Below, in pieces: positions 20,579 to 29,217 of a stretch of DNA of 64,000 nt. Positions within the stretch are counted from its first letter, which is position 1. The number at the start of each line of letters is the position of its first letter. The position numbers and the translations under genes were made by a program. This DNA comes from Anaerolineales bacterium (GTDB taxonomy: Bacteria; Chloroflexota; Anaerolineae; Anaerolineales; UBA4823). A model generated the notes under the pieces. That model was not told the origin of the DNA, made no database searches, and worked only from the letters and a program-made list of their open reading frames with translations. Where the stretch lies: NCBI GenBank assembly GCA_027494035.1, contig JAOSJQ010000001.1, forward strand, positions 69,693-133,692, read 5' to 3'.

Positions 20579-22645
20579 ATGACAAATCGGTTCCGGCTTT
20601 CCCGCGCTGGGCTCGTCGTCACTCCGCTGGCGCTCCTGCTGATCTGTTCGCTCGCCTATCTGCCGATGATCTACCGGCTTGGTTTTTATTGGGACGACTG
20701 GCCTTCGATCTGGTTCTTGCATTTCTGGGGCGGGCAGGGATTTCGAGAAGGGTTCGCCAGCGACCGCCCGCTGCTCGCCTGGGTCTTCATGCTCACTACG
20801 CCGCTTTTCGGGGAAACGCCCGTTTCCTGGCAAAACTTCAGCGTCTTCACCCGCTGGATCACGAGTGTAGCCTGGTGGTGGTCGCTGCGGGGCTTATGGT
20901 CAAATCAGCCGCGCGCCGTCTTTTGGGCAGCGGCGCTCTTTGCAGTGTTTCCAGGTTTCAGCCAGCAATACATCGCCGTCACCTACAGCAACGCTTACCT
21001 GGTGTACTTTCTCTTCATCCTATCAATCGGGGCGATGATCTGGGCGTACCGCGCGGCGCGTTGGTTCTACCCGCTTATGGGTGTGTCGTTATTTTTATCC
21101 TTATTTAGCATGTTGATCACCGAGTATTTTTATGGTCTCGAATTATTGCGCCCCTTTATCCTATGGATTTTAATCAGCCCCACGGAGGGGTCGTGGAAAT
21201 CCAGGGCGTACAAGGTGGTGCGGCGCTGGGCGCCGTACCTGATCCTGTTGATCCCGGTCCTGTTTTGGAAGGCGCTGATCAGTCCCAGCCCGCGCGCCGA
21301 GATCACGCTCTTCAATGATCTCTTGCGCAGTCCCTTAACCTCTACGATCAGCCTGGGACTCACAATCCTCGGCGATTTCTTCAAGGTAAATTTCCTGGCT
21401 TGGTTTGCGCCATTGAACCCGGGTTTTCTCAAGGATTTCGAAGCGGGCGTGCTCAGGCTGCTGATTGGCGCAGTCCTCGCCAGCCTGCTTGTTACCTTGC
21501 TTTTCTCGCTCTTTTTAACGCGCAAACCAGCCTCCGCGTCGGATTCGGGGAAGCGCCTCGCCCCGCCGGATTGGGCGCAGCAAGCAATTGGATTGGGCGT
21601 TTTAGCATTCCTGGTTTCTGGATGGACCATCTGGATCACCAACCTGCATTTCGAGCTTTATTTTCCGTATGACCGCTTTATGCTGATCACAATGCTTGGG
21701 ACTTCGCTGCTGGTCGCCGGGCTGGCGGGGGTGATCGAGAAACAAATCCCGCTGGGATCGATCCTGATCGCCTTGCTGGTGAGCGTCTCAGTTGGAATCC
21801 AGTTTCAGTATCGCCTTCAATATCGCCAGGAATGGCTCTCACAGAAAAACTTTTTCTGGCAGCTTGTCTGGCGCGCGCCAGGAATTCAGCCCGGTACAAC
21901 GGTGATGACTTCCGAGATTCCTTTCCAGTATTTCAGCGACAATTCCTTGACGGCGCCGCTGAACTGGATTTACGCCCCTGCAAACGTTTCCCGCGAGATG
22001 GACTACCTGTTGTTTGACATCGAAGCCCGCTTGAACAAGGATCTGCCAGCCATCCAGCCAGACCTGCCAATCCACATGCCATACCGGGCAGCCCGGTTCG
22101 AGGGGAACACTTCGCAAGCCATCGTCCTATTCTACGACCCGCCGCGCTGCTTGAAGGTGATGAACCCGGCAATCGATCGCTTCCTGCCGGTCAAGCCGCT
22201 CTACATTCGCGAAGCCGCTCCGCTGTCGCGGCTGGACCTGATCATACCCAATCCTGAAATGAAAGCTGCGCCTCCGGAACATATCTTTGGCAGCGAACCG
22301 GACCATCAATGGTGTTATTATTTCGAGAAGGCGGAGCTTTACGCCCAACAAGGGGAATGGGAAACCGCCGCGCAGATGGCAGACCAGGCGTTGAAGATCA
22401 ACAAACATTTCACCGAGAAGAATATCTCTGAGTTAATCCCTTTCATTATGGCTTACGCGCACACGGATCGTTGGAAAAAAGCGGTTGAATTAACCGGCGA
22501 AGCCTATCAAGTCTGGGACAAGACCCAGTACCCGCTCTGTGACGCCTGGCAAAGCATATACACGCACGCGCTTGAAAGCGAATCCAAATCCGGTGCGCTG
22601 GCGCAAGTCGAAGGGATTCTAGGCTGCAAGTTCCAGGATGAATAA
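20579..22645 (+). CDS. polytopic membrane protein, GT-C-fold glycosyltransferase candidate, paralogue 3
   Basis: 688 aa from the ATG at 20579 (MTNRFRLS), which lies 4 nt after the paralogue 2 stop. The longer track ORF from 20384 overlaps paralogue 2 and has no homology to the other N-termini. It shares the same conserved motifs. Confidence 0.8.
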   Translation: MTNRFRLSRAGLVVTPLALLLICSLAYLPMIYRLGFYWDDWPSIWFLHFWGGQGFREGFASDRPLLAWVFMLTTPLFGETPVSWQNFSVFTRWITSVAWWWSLRGLWSNQPRAVFWAAALFAVFPGFSQQYIAVTYSNAYLVYFLFILSIGAMIWAYRAARWFYPLMGVSLFLSLFSMLITEYFYGLELLRPFILWILISPTEGSWKSRAYKVVRRWAPYLILLIPVLFWKALISPSPRAEITLFNDLLRSPLTSTISLGLTILGDFFKVNFLAWFAPLNPGFLKDFEAGVLRLLIGAVLASLLVTLLFSLFLTRKPASASDSGKRLAPPDWAQQAIGLGVLAFLVSGWTIWITNLHFELYFPYDRFMLITMLGTSLLVAGLAGVIEKQIPLGSILIALLVSVSVGIQFQYRLQYRQEWLSQKNFFWQLVWRAPGIQPGTTVMTSEIPFQYFSDNSLTAPLNWIYAPANVSREMDYLLFDIEARLNKDLPAIQPDLPIHMPYRAARFEGNTSQAIVLFYDPPRCLKVMNPAIDRFLPVKPLYIREAAPLSRLDLIIPNPEMKAAPPEHIFGSEPDHQWCYYFEKAELYAQQGEWETAAQMADQALKINKHFTEKNISELIPFIMAYAHTDRWKKAVELTGEAYQVWDKTQYPLCDAWQSIYTHALESESKSGALAQVEGILGCKFQDE

Positions 22646-23599
22646 ATGGATCAAAATAAACTGCTCGATGGAATTTCAGTCGTTATCCCGGTCTACAACA
22701 GCGCAGAAATCCTTCCCGATCTGATCGCCCGGCTTGCGCCCGTCCTCGATAACATTACAGCCGCTTACGAAGCAATTCTGATTGAGGACGGCAGCCGTGA
22801 TGAGAGCTGGGCGGTGATCGAGCGCCTCAGCGAAGCAAACGTCTGGGTGCGCGGCATTCGTATGATGCGCAATTACGGGCAGCACAACGCTCTGTTGTGC
22901 GGGCTGCGCGCCGCCTGCTTCACTTGCACCGTCACGATCGATGACGATTTACAGCACCCGCCGGAGGAAATCCCGCTGCTTCTCGAAAAAATTGCGCAAG
23001 GGTATGATGTGGTCTACGGCACACCCGCAAAGCAGCAGCATGGATTGTGGCGCAACCTGGCGTCGTATATCACCCGCCTGGCGCTGCAGAGCACCATGGG
23101 GATCGAGAATGCCCGCAAAGTGAGCGCATTTCGCGCAATCCGAACCCAAGTTCGCCAGGCGTTCGCCCACTATCAAAGCCCTTTTGTCGTTCTGGATGTG
23201 CTGCTCGGCTGGGGTACCACCCGTTTTGCCTCGGCGACCACCCAACACCTGCCGCGCCAGAGCGGTAAGTCCAATTACACGTTCTCAAAGCTCATCCTGC
23301 ACGGCGTCAATATGCTGACCGGCTTCTCGGTCCTTCCGCTTCAAATGGCAAGTCTGATGGGTTTTGCTTCCGCCTTCTTTGGCATATTGATCTTCTTTTA
23401 TGTCATCGGGCGGTTTTTCATTGAAGGGGGCAGCGTTCCGGGCTTCCCATTCCTGGCTTCGATCATTGCGATCTTCTCGGGCGTGCAGTTATTTGCAATT
23501 GGAATCATTGGGGAGTATCTGGCGCGCATGCATTTCAGAATCATGGAACGACCTCCGTACGTCGTGCGCGAAGAAACAGGCGATTATCTAAATGACTGA
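22646..23599 (+). CDS. GT2 polyprenyl-phosphate glycosyltransferase (GtrB/ArnC/DPM1-like)
   Basis: Starts immediately after the paralogue 3 stop. VVIPVYNS, EDGSRD and TIDDDLQHPPEE (DXD region), followed by two C-terminal TM helices as in GtrB/ArnC. Confidence 0.85.
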   Translation: MDQNKLLDGISVVIPVYNSAEILPDLIARLAPVLDNITAAYEAILIEDGSRDESWAVIERLSEANVWVRGIRMMRNYGQHNALLCGLRAACFTCTVTIDDDLQHPPEEIPLLLEKIAQGYDVVYGTPAKQQHGLWRNLASYITRLALQSTMGIENARKVSAFRAIRTQVRQAFAHYQSPFVVLDVLLGWGTTRFASATTQHLPRQSGKSNYTFSKLILHGVNMLTGFSVLPLQMASLMGFASAFFGILIFFYVIGRFFIEGGSVPGFPFLASIIAIFSGVQLFAIGIIGEYLARMHFRIMERPPYVVREETGDYLND

Positions 23600-24342
23600 A
23601 TCTGAAGAAGCCCTGTCAGTTCCTGGAGTGGGACACTTCTTTTTTTAGCAGTCGGATCGCTCGGCTGAATAGCCCGCGCCTCACCCCAACCCTGCTCGAT
23701 CGAGTTTTCGAGTGGTGCCGGGACCAAACCATAGATTGTTTGTATTTCCTGGCTGATGCGGATGACCCGCAAACCGTCTGGCTGGCGCAGGATCACGGTT
23801 TTCGCCTGGTCGAGGTGCGTTACACGCTGGAACGCCGGCTCAACGATTGGGACCCCGAAACCCGCCCCCACGACGCCCCTGGGGTCGTTATCCGCGACGC
23901 CTTGCCCGAAGACATTCCCACGCTGCAGAAGATCGCCAGAACCAGCTATCTCGATTCGCGCTTTTATTTCGATTCCAATTTCAGCGAAGAGAAATGGGGC
24001 GCATATTATGCGACCTGGGTGAGCAGCAGTTGTCAGGGTGGCGTAGACCTTGCACTTGTAGCAATCAAGGATGGAACTGTGGTCGGATATATCACCGGCT
24101 TGGTTGACCGGCAAACGCGCGAAGGGATATACGAACTGACCGGAGTAGATGAATCGGCGCGCCGCAGCGGCGTCGGTCAAGAACTATTTCGCAGCGGGAT
24201 AGATTGGTATGTCCAACATCAAGTCAATTATCTCTGGGTAGCCACCCAGGGGCGCAATATCGCCACCCAGCGCATGATCCAGCGGCATGGTTTTCTTTCC
24301 AAATCCTGCCAGCTCTACTTTCATAAATGGTTCAAGGAGTAA
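23592..24342 (+). CDS. GNAT N-acetyltransferase, WecD (TDP-fucosamine acetyltransferase)-like, 5-prime frameshift as sequenced
   Basis: The ATG at 23592 overlaps the GT2 stop by 8 nt (ATGACTGA). After about 8 codons the WecD-like N-terminus (LEWDTSFFSSRIARL...CLYFLADADD) continues in the +1 frame. The GNAT core has RRSGVGQELF. Confidence 0.7.
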
Positions 24343-24365
24343 ACCGTGGAAGACCCCACGCGTGA

Positions 24366-25214
24366 ATGTTGCACCCACGGCTGGCGCAGACTATAATTGT
24401 AGCGGATTTTATTGAGTCAATGAAACAGCAAGAAGCAGTTGACTTTATTCGGGCAGAAATGACCAAAGCGCGCACGGTCAAACAGATCAGCGCTGACCTG
24501 AGCGTAAAACTGAACGCGCCGCAAGACGTGGTGGAGAAGTTCGTTAAGAAAATCGTCGATGAGACCGTAGCAACTGACTTTCTCACTTCCGCCGCGATCC
24601 ACGCCCCAGTTAGCCCCCCAGTAGTAGATCCAGCAACCTTTGAAGCTCTGCTTACGGCAGGTCAGGCGCACCCCGAAGCGAAAGTTCAGTCATCTTCTAA
24701 ACCAGACCTTCCGTCCGATGCGCACAAACCGCCTGCCAGCCGCGCTGAGGCGGCTGAGCCGCCGGCAGCCGGTCAGCCACCCGAATTCATTAAGTCCCCG
24801 AAGTATGACGATCCAGCAATTGAAAGCTTCGTCTTACAAGAGCTGGGAAAGCAGCAGAATCGGGACGACGTCGTGCTCCGCCTGTGTGAACTCACCGGAA
24901 TGTCCTGGTCTGAAGCTCAGAATGCCGTCGCACGTGTGCAAGCCCGCGGACGAAAGCGGACGACCGCAAACCAGAAAATGATCGTAGCTTCCCTCAGCTT
25001 GATCGCCCTGGTCGCCGGCGTTATCCTGTCAGCCGCAGCGCTCAGCCAGGCAGCCACCCTGCTGACCGTGGTCGGCGACCTGGCAGCGTCCACGCCCGAG
25101 CAGCTTCAACATCTCTATGGCAATTCTCACCAACTGTTCTGGGCATTTATTCTAGGGATTGCGCTGGGAATCGGGGGACTGGTTAGCCTGATCATCGCAA
25201 TTCGAAAAAAGTGA
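24366..25214 (+). CDS. hypothetical membrane protein (two small helical repeats, Pro-rich linker, two C-terminal TM helices)
   Basis: ORF with two C-terminal hydrophobic helices. The start may be the ATG at 24420. No known motif. Confidence 0.6.
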   Translation: MLHPRLAQTIIVADFIESMKQQEAVDFIRAEMTKARTVKQISADLSVKLNAPQDVVEKFVKKIVDETVATDFLTSAAIHAPVSPPVVDPATFEALLTAGQAHPEAKVQSSSKPDLPSDAHKPPASRAEAAEPPAAGQPPEFIKSPKYDDPAIESFVLQELGKQQNRDDVVLRLCELTGMSWSEAQNAVARVQARGRKRTTANQKMIVASLSLIALVAGVILSAAALSQAATLLTVVGDLAASTPEQLQHLYGNSHQLFWAFILGIALGIGGLVSLIIAIRKK

Positions 25215-25231
25215 AATAAGCCTGGCAGTTG

Positions 25232-26814
25232 ATGAAAACTTTTATTCTGCAGTTGGAGCCACACGATGACATCGTCTCGGTCCGGGATAAAATGGGCTGG
25301 GCAAAAAACAGCCGCGTCTTAATCGTCTGGCCCGAAAACGAGACCATTCTAAACCGCCGGCTCGATCTGGTGTTGCTGCAACGAATGAGCCAGACAGCAG
25401 GCGCGCAGATGGCGTTTGTCAGTAAAGACCGCGAGGTACAATACCATGCACCCCGCCTTGGCATTCCGGTGTTCAAATCCATTCGCCAGGCGCAAACCAA
25501 GCACTGGCGCCTCCCGTTCCGTTTCCGCAAGAATGCCGCCCCCGAACCGATTTCAGCGATCATCGACAGCGCCAATGTTGCTGAACGTCAAATCCCGGTA
25601 CGTCCGCAACTCACCTCGCGCACGTTGTCCCCGGTTGTCCGGCTGGCGTTCTTTGCCGCCGGTGTGCTTGCGTTTCTGGCGATCGCGGCAGTGCTTGCGC
25701 CTGGGGCAGAGGTAATCATCACCCCCGCACGGTGGTGCAAGACGTGCTGATCGAGGCTTACACCAGTCCGGAAATCAAAGCCATGCAGCTTTCCGGCGCG
25801 CTCCCATCCGAGGTTATAACCGTTGAAGTCGAGGGGCGCGCTTCACGCCCGGTCAGCGGTCAAATCAGGCTGCCCGATCAACCGGCGCGCGGCGCGGTGC
25901 TCTTCACCAACCTGACCGACCAATCAATCGAGATCTCCGCTGGTACGGTTGTTCAACCTGTGAACAGCTCGGCAGGCGAATTTAGCGCCATCCCGGCTTC
26001 GGGATCGCTGCGCTACGCCACCCAGAAGACCGTTATCCTGCCAGCCGGTCCAGGGCAAACCATCGAGGTCTCGGTACAGTGTCTCACGCCGGGCAAAAAA
26101 GGCAACCAGCCCGCCAACACGCTCGAAGCCATTGAAGGGTTTCTAGGAACCCAGGTGAGCGTGACCAATCCGCAGCCAATCGACGGGGGCGCCGATCGTC
26201 TGGAGCCGGCGCCCAACGAAAGAGACCGGCTCGAACTTGCACGTGAGTTGAACGATTCCCTGCGCCTGACTGCGCTCGAAGAAATGCAGAACGGGCTAGC
26301 GCCTGGCGATTTGCTGATCCCCTCCAGCCTGGTCGAAGGCGCGACGCTCGAGAAAACGTTCCAGCCCGAGGACAACCAGCCTGCCGATCAGCTCTCTTTG
26401 AACTGGCGGTTGAGCTATCAAGCCAGGGTGGTGCGCTTCGAAGAGCAACTAGCGCTGGCGCAGGCGGTGTTCGATGCGAACCTGCCACAGGGTTATACGC
26501 CCATGCCAGACACGTTGACGGTTGAAACGGTTGCTGAACCTCAACAACTCGATGAGCAATCGACGAGTTGGAAGTTGCACGCCGTTCGCCGCCTGACCGC
26601 TCAGATCAGCGATTCGCTGGCGCGCCAGACCGTCCTCGGTTTGCCGGTGCAGGAAGCGGCGCAGCGCATGCAATCCGCCCTCCAGCTCGAACAGACCCCT
26701 CAAATCCACTTAATACCCGATTGGTGGCCGCGCCTTCCGGTTTTGCCGTTCCGCATCCAGATCATCCAGCGCAGCCTTTACGATCTGGTCAGCGGGGAGC
26801 CGCCCGGGTTATGA
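25232..26814 (+). CDS. membrane-anchored hypothetical protein with weak baseplate J/gp47-like motif, frameshifted as sequenced
   Basis: ORFs 25229..25750 and 25732..26814 join as ...EVIITPAR-VVQDVLIEAY if one G is restored at 25731-25732. One TM helix sits near residues 140-165. PIDGGADRLEP...ERDRLELAR resembles the GG-D-E motif of baseplate J proteins. Confidence 0.6.
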
Positions 26815-27230
26815 GAGTGTTGGCAGTCGATCCGGGAGAAAAACGCCTGGGAATTGCCCTCAGCGACACAAGCGCCGCCATCGCCACCCCTCTGACCGTC
26901 TTGAAGCACATTTCCTACGCGGTAGATGCCGCGGCGATCGCTCAAATCGCTTCCGAGCAGCAAGCCGAACTAATCATCGTGGGTCACGCTTTAGATGAGG
27001 AAAACCGCTCGACCCCCCAGAGCCGGCGCGCCGCCAGGCTGGCGGCGGCAATTCGATCTCAGACCAATTTGCCCGTCCTGCTTTGGGATGAATTTGGCAG
27101 CACTCAAACTGCACTGCAAGCTCGCCGTACAATCGGCGTCCGGCGCAGCCGGCGTCAGGACAATATCGACGCGCTGGCTGCCGCGGTGATACTCCAGAGC
27201 TATCTGGACTCGCAAACCGATTCTTCTTGA
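26811..27230 (+). CDS. ruvX: Holliday junction resolvase-like nuclease RuvX (YqgF)
   Basis: MRVLAVDPGEKRLGIAL N-terminus. The ATG at 26811 overlaps the upstream TGA (ATGA). The 26568..26810 portion of the track ORF is not homologous. Confidence 0.88.
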   Translation: MRVLAVDPGEKRLGIALSDTSAAIATPLTVLKHISYAVDAAAIAQIASEQQAELIIVGHALDEENRSTPQSRRAARLAAAIRSQTNLPVLLWDEFGSTQTALQARRTIGVRRSRRQDNIDALAAAVILQSYLDSQTDSS

Positions 27231-27266
27231 TATCCCCGGAAGATGATCTCAAAATCAGATTGAGAA

Positions 27267-28406
27267 ATGAAGAACTCCTCGCTTTTCAACACGCTGGTTA
27301 CACTCACCTTGATCGTTTTGTGCTTGATCATTGGGATATCGGGCTGGCTGGCATACGACCTCCCCCGAAGGGCTGAACGCGTATTTGGAACTGCTTCCCC
27401 AAAAGTTGGCTTTTTACAGCGCTTAGAGTTGTCGGCGCAATTGTTGGCGAAAGAGCAGAAATTGATCAGACCCCTGGACCCCAGCGGCGCTTCCCTTTCC
27501 TTTGAAATTCAGCCCGGCGAATCGACCTATTCGATCACCAACCGGCTGCGCCAATCGGGATTGATCCAAGACGAGGCTGCCTTGCGCGGCTTTCTGGTTT
27601 ATGCCGGGCTGGATACCAGCCTTCAATCGGGGGAATTTAAGCTCAGCCCGCGCATGACCGCGATTGAGATTGCCTGGGCTTTACAGGACACAACGCCCGA
27701 CGAAGTCACTTTCCGCATTCTGCCCGGTTGGCGCCTGGAAGAAATAGCCGCCTCGCTGCCCACCTCCGGGCTGGAGTTCTCCCCGGATCAATTTCTGGCG
27801 GTTGCCAAAAACCCTCCGCAGCAACTCGAATTCTCTCAGCAGCTCCCTCCAGGCGCGAGTCTGGAAGGCTATATGTTCCCCGACAGCTATCGCTTGATGC
27901 GCAAAACAAGCGTCATGGCGTTCGTTGAGACGGTGTTGCAAAATTTCCAAATCAAAGTGGATCAAGACCTTCAAAATGGTTTTACGCGCCAGGGACTCGA
28001 TCTTCACCAGGCTGTCACGCTTGCTTCGCTGATCCAGCGTGAAGCTGTCCTTCAAGACGAGATGCCCATGATCGCATCCGTGTTTCTCAACCGGCTTGAG
28101 GCGGGGATGAAGCTGGACAGCGACCCAACCGTCCAGTTTGCATTGGGCTATGACCGAAAAAACGCGACTTGGTGGAAAAATCCGCTCAGTTTGAACGACT
28201 TGAAAGTGAATTCCAACTACAACACCTATTTGCACCCTGAACTGCCGCCAGGACCGATTGCCAGCCCCGGATTGAGCGCGCTGCAGGCAGTCGCTTTTCC
28301 CGCCCAGGCGCCTTATTATTACTTCAGATCCGCGTGCGATGGATCAGGCGCACATGCATTTGCCGAGACTTTCGAGCAGCACAAACAAAACGCCTGCCCG
28401 GAATAA
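27267..28406 (+). CDS. mltG: endolytic murein transglycosylase MltG (YceG-like)
   Basis: N-terminal TM anchor and a YceG-like domain (SLIQREA, LDSDPTVQF, NTYLHPELPPGPIASPG). Confidence 0.88.
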   Translation: MKNSSLFNTLVTLTLIVLCLIIGISGWLAYDLPRRAERVFGTASPKVGFLQRLELSAQLLAKEQKLIRPLDPSGASLSFEIQPGESTYSITNRLRQSGLIQDEAALRGFLVYAGLDTSLQSGEFKLSPRMTAIEIAWALQDTTPDEVTFRILPGWRLEEIAASLPTSGLEFSPDQFLAVAKNPPQQLEFSQQLPPGASLEGYMFPDSYRLMRKTSVMAFVETVLQNFQIKVDQDLQNGFTRQGLDLHQAVTLASLIQREAVLQDEMPMIASVFLNRLEAGMKLDSDPTVQFALGYDRKNATWWKNPLSLNDLKVNSNYNTYLHPELPPGPIASPGLSALQAVAFPAQAPYYYFRSACDGSGAHAFAETFEQHKQNACPE

Positions 28407-28408
28407 TT

Positions 28409-29217
28409 ATGAAATTTGCGATCAACTATTCAACCCAGGCAGCCGTCCTGTTTAAGCAAGGGCGCCTGCAACTCGACCGCTTCAAATGCCCCGAATGGCT
28501 AGATCTGATCGATGAAGCCCGCCGGGTGCGCCCGGTGGCGGTGCATTTCAACTTGCATGCGGGACGCGGGAAAATCAAAAAGAAAGACCTGGAGTGGATC
28601 GAAAGAATTGCTGACCAAACCCAAACGCCGTTTATCAACCTCCATTTGGAAGTTAAGCAGGGCGATTACCCGCAAATATCACTCGACTCCACCCTGGCGA
28701 AGCACCGTAAGTTAATTCTCGACGGGATGCTTTTTGAAATCGACCTCGTCCAAAAAGGTTCGGGGCGGAGCGCCTGATCGTAGAGAACGTTCCTTATCGA
28801 CCTGGAGGGAACGCGCTGCGGGTGTGCGCCGAGCCGGAGCTGATCGACGCGGTCGTGCGGAAAACGGGCTGCGGATTTCTATTCGACATCCCCCACGCGC
28901 GCATCGCCGCCCATTATCTGGGCATCGACGAAATAGACTACATCCAAAGCCTGCCAGTCGACCGCATCCGAGAGTTGCACTTCACCGGCGTACATCGCTT
29001 TGACGGCGGGCTGTGGGATCATCATCTCCAGGCTCAGGAATCTGATTGGAAACTGTTGGACTGGGTATTGGAGCGCATTCGCGTTGGTGACTGGTCAAAG
29101 CCCTGGCTATTAGCTTTCGAGTATGGCGGGGTGGGAGAAAAATTCAACTGGCGCAGCGATGCGGTCGAAATTGAGCGTCAATCCAGACGACTGTATGCGA
29201 AGGTTAACCCGCTTTAA
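28409..29217 (+). CDS. DUF692-like TIM-barrel protein (xylose isomerase-like fold), frameshifted as sequenced
   Basis: ORFs 28334..28777 and 28822..29217 join as VQKRFGAERLIVENVPY if one A is restored in the A5 run at 28752-28756. LIVEN, TGCGFLFDIPH and IRELHFTG resemble the conserved DUF692 blocks. The ATG at 28409 lies 2 nt after the mltG stop. Confidence 0.6.

Noticed and set aside
23584-24180. 198-aa minus-strand ORF opposite the WecD-like GNAT gene.
   Set aside because: The plus-strand frame gives a coherent acetyltransferase with a WecD-like N-terminus and a GNAT core. The minus-strand product has no motif.
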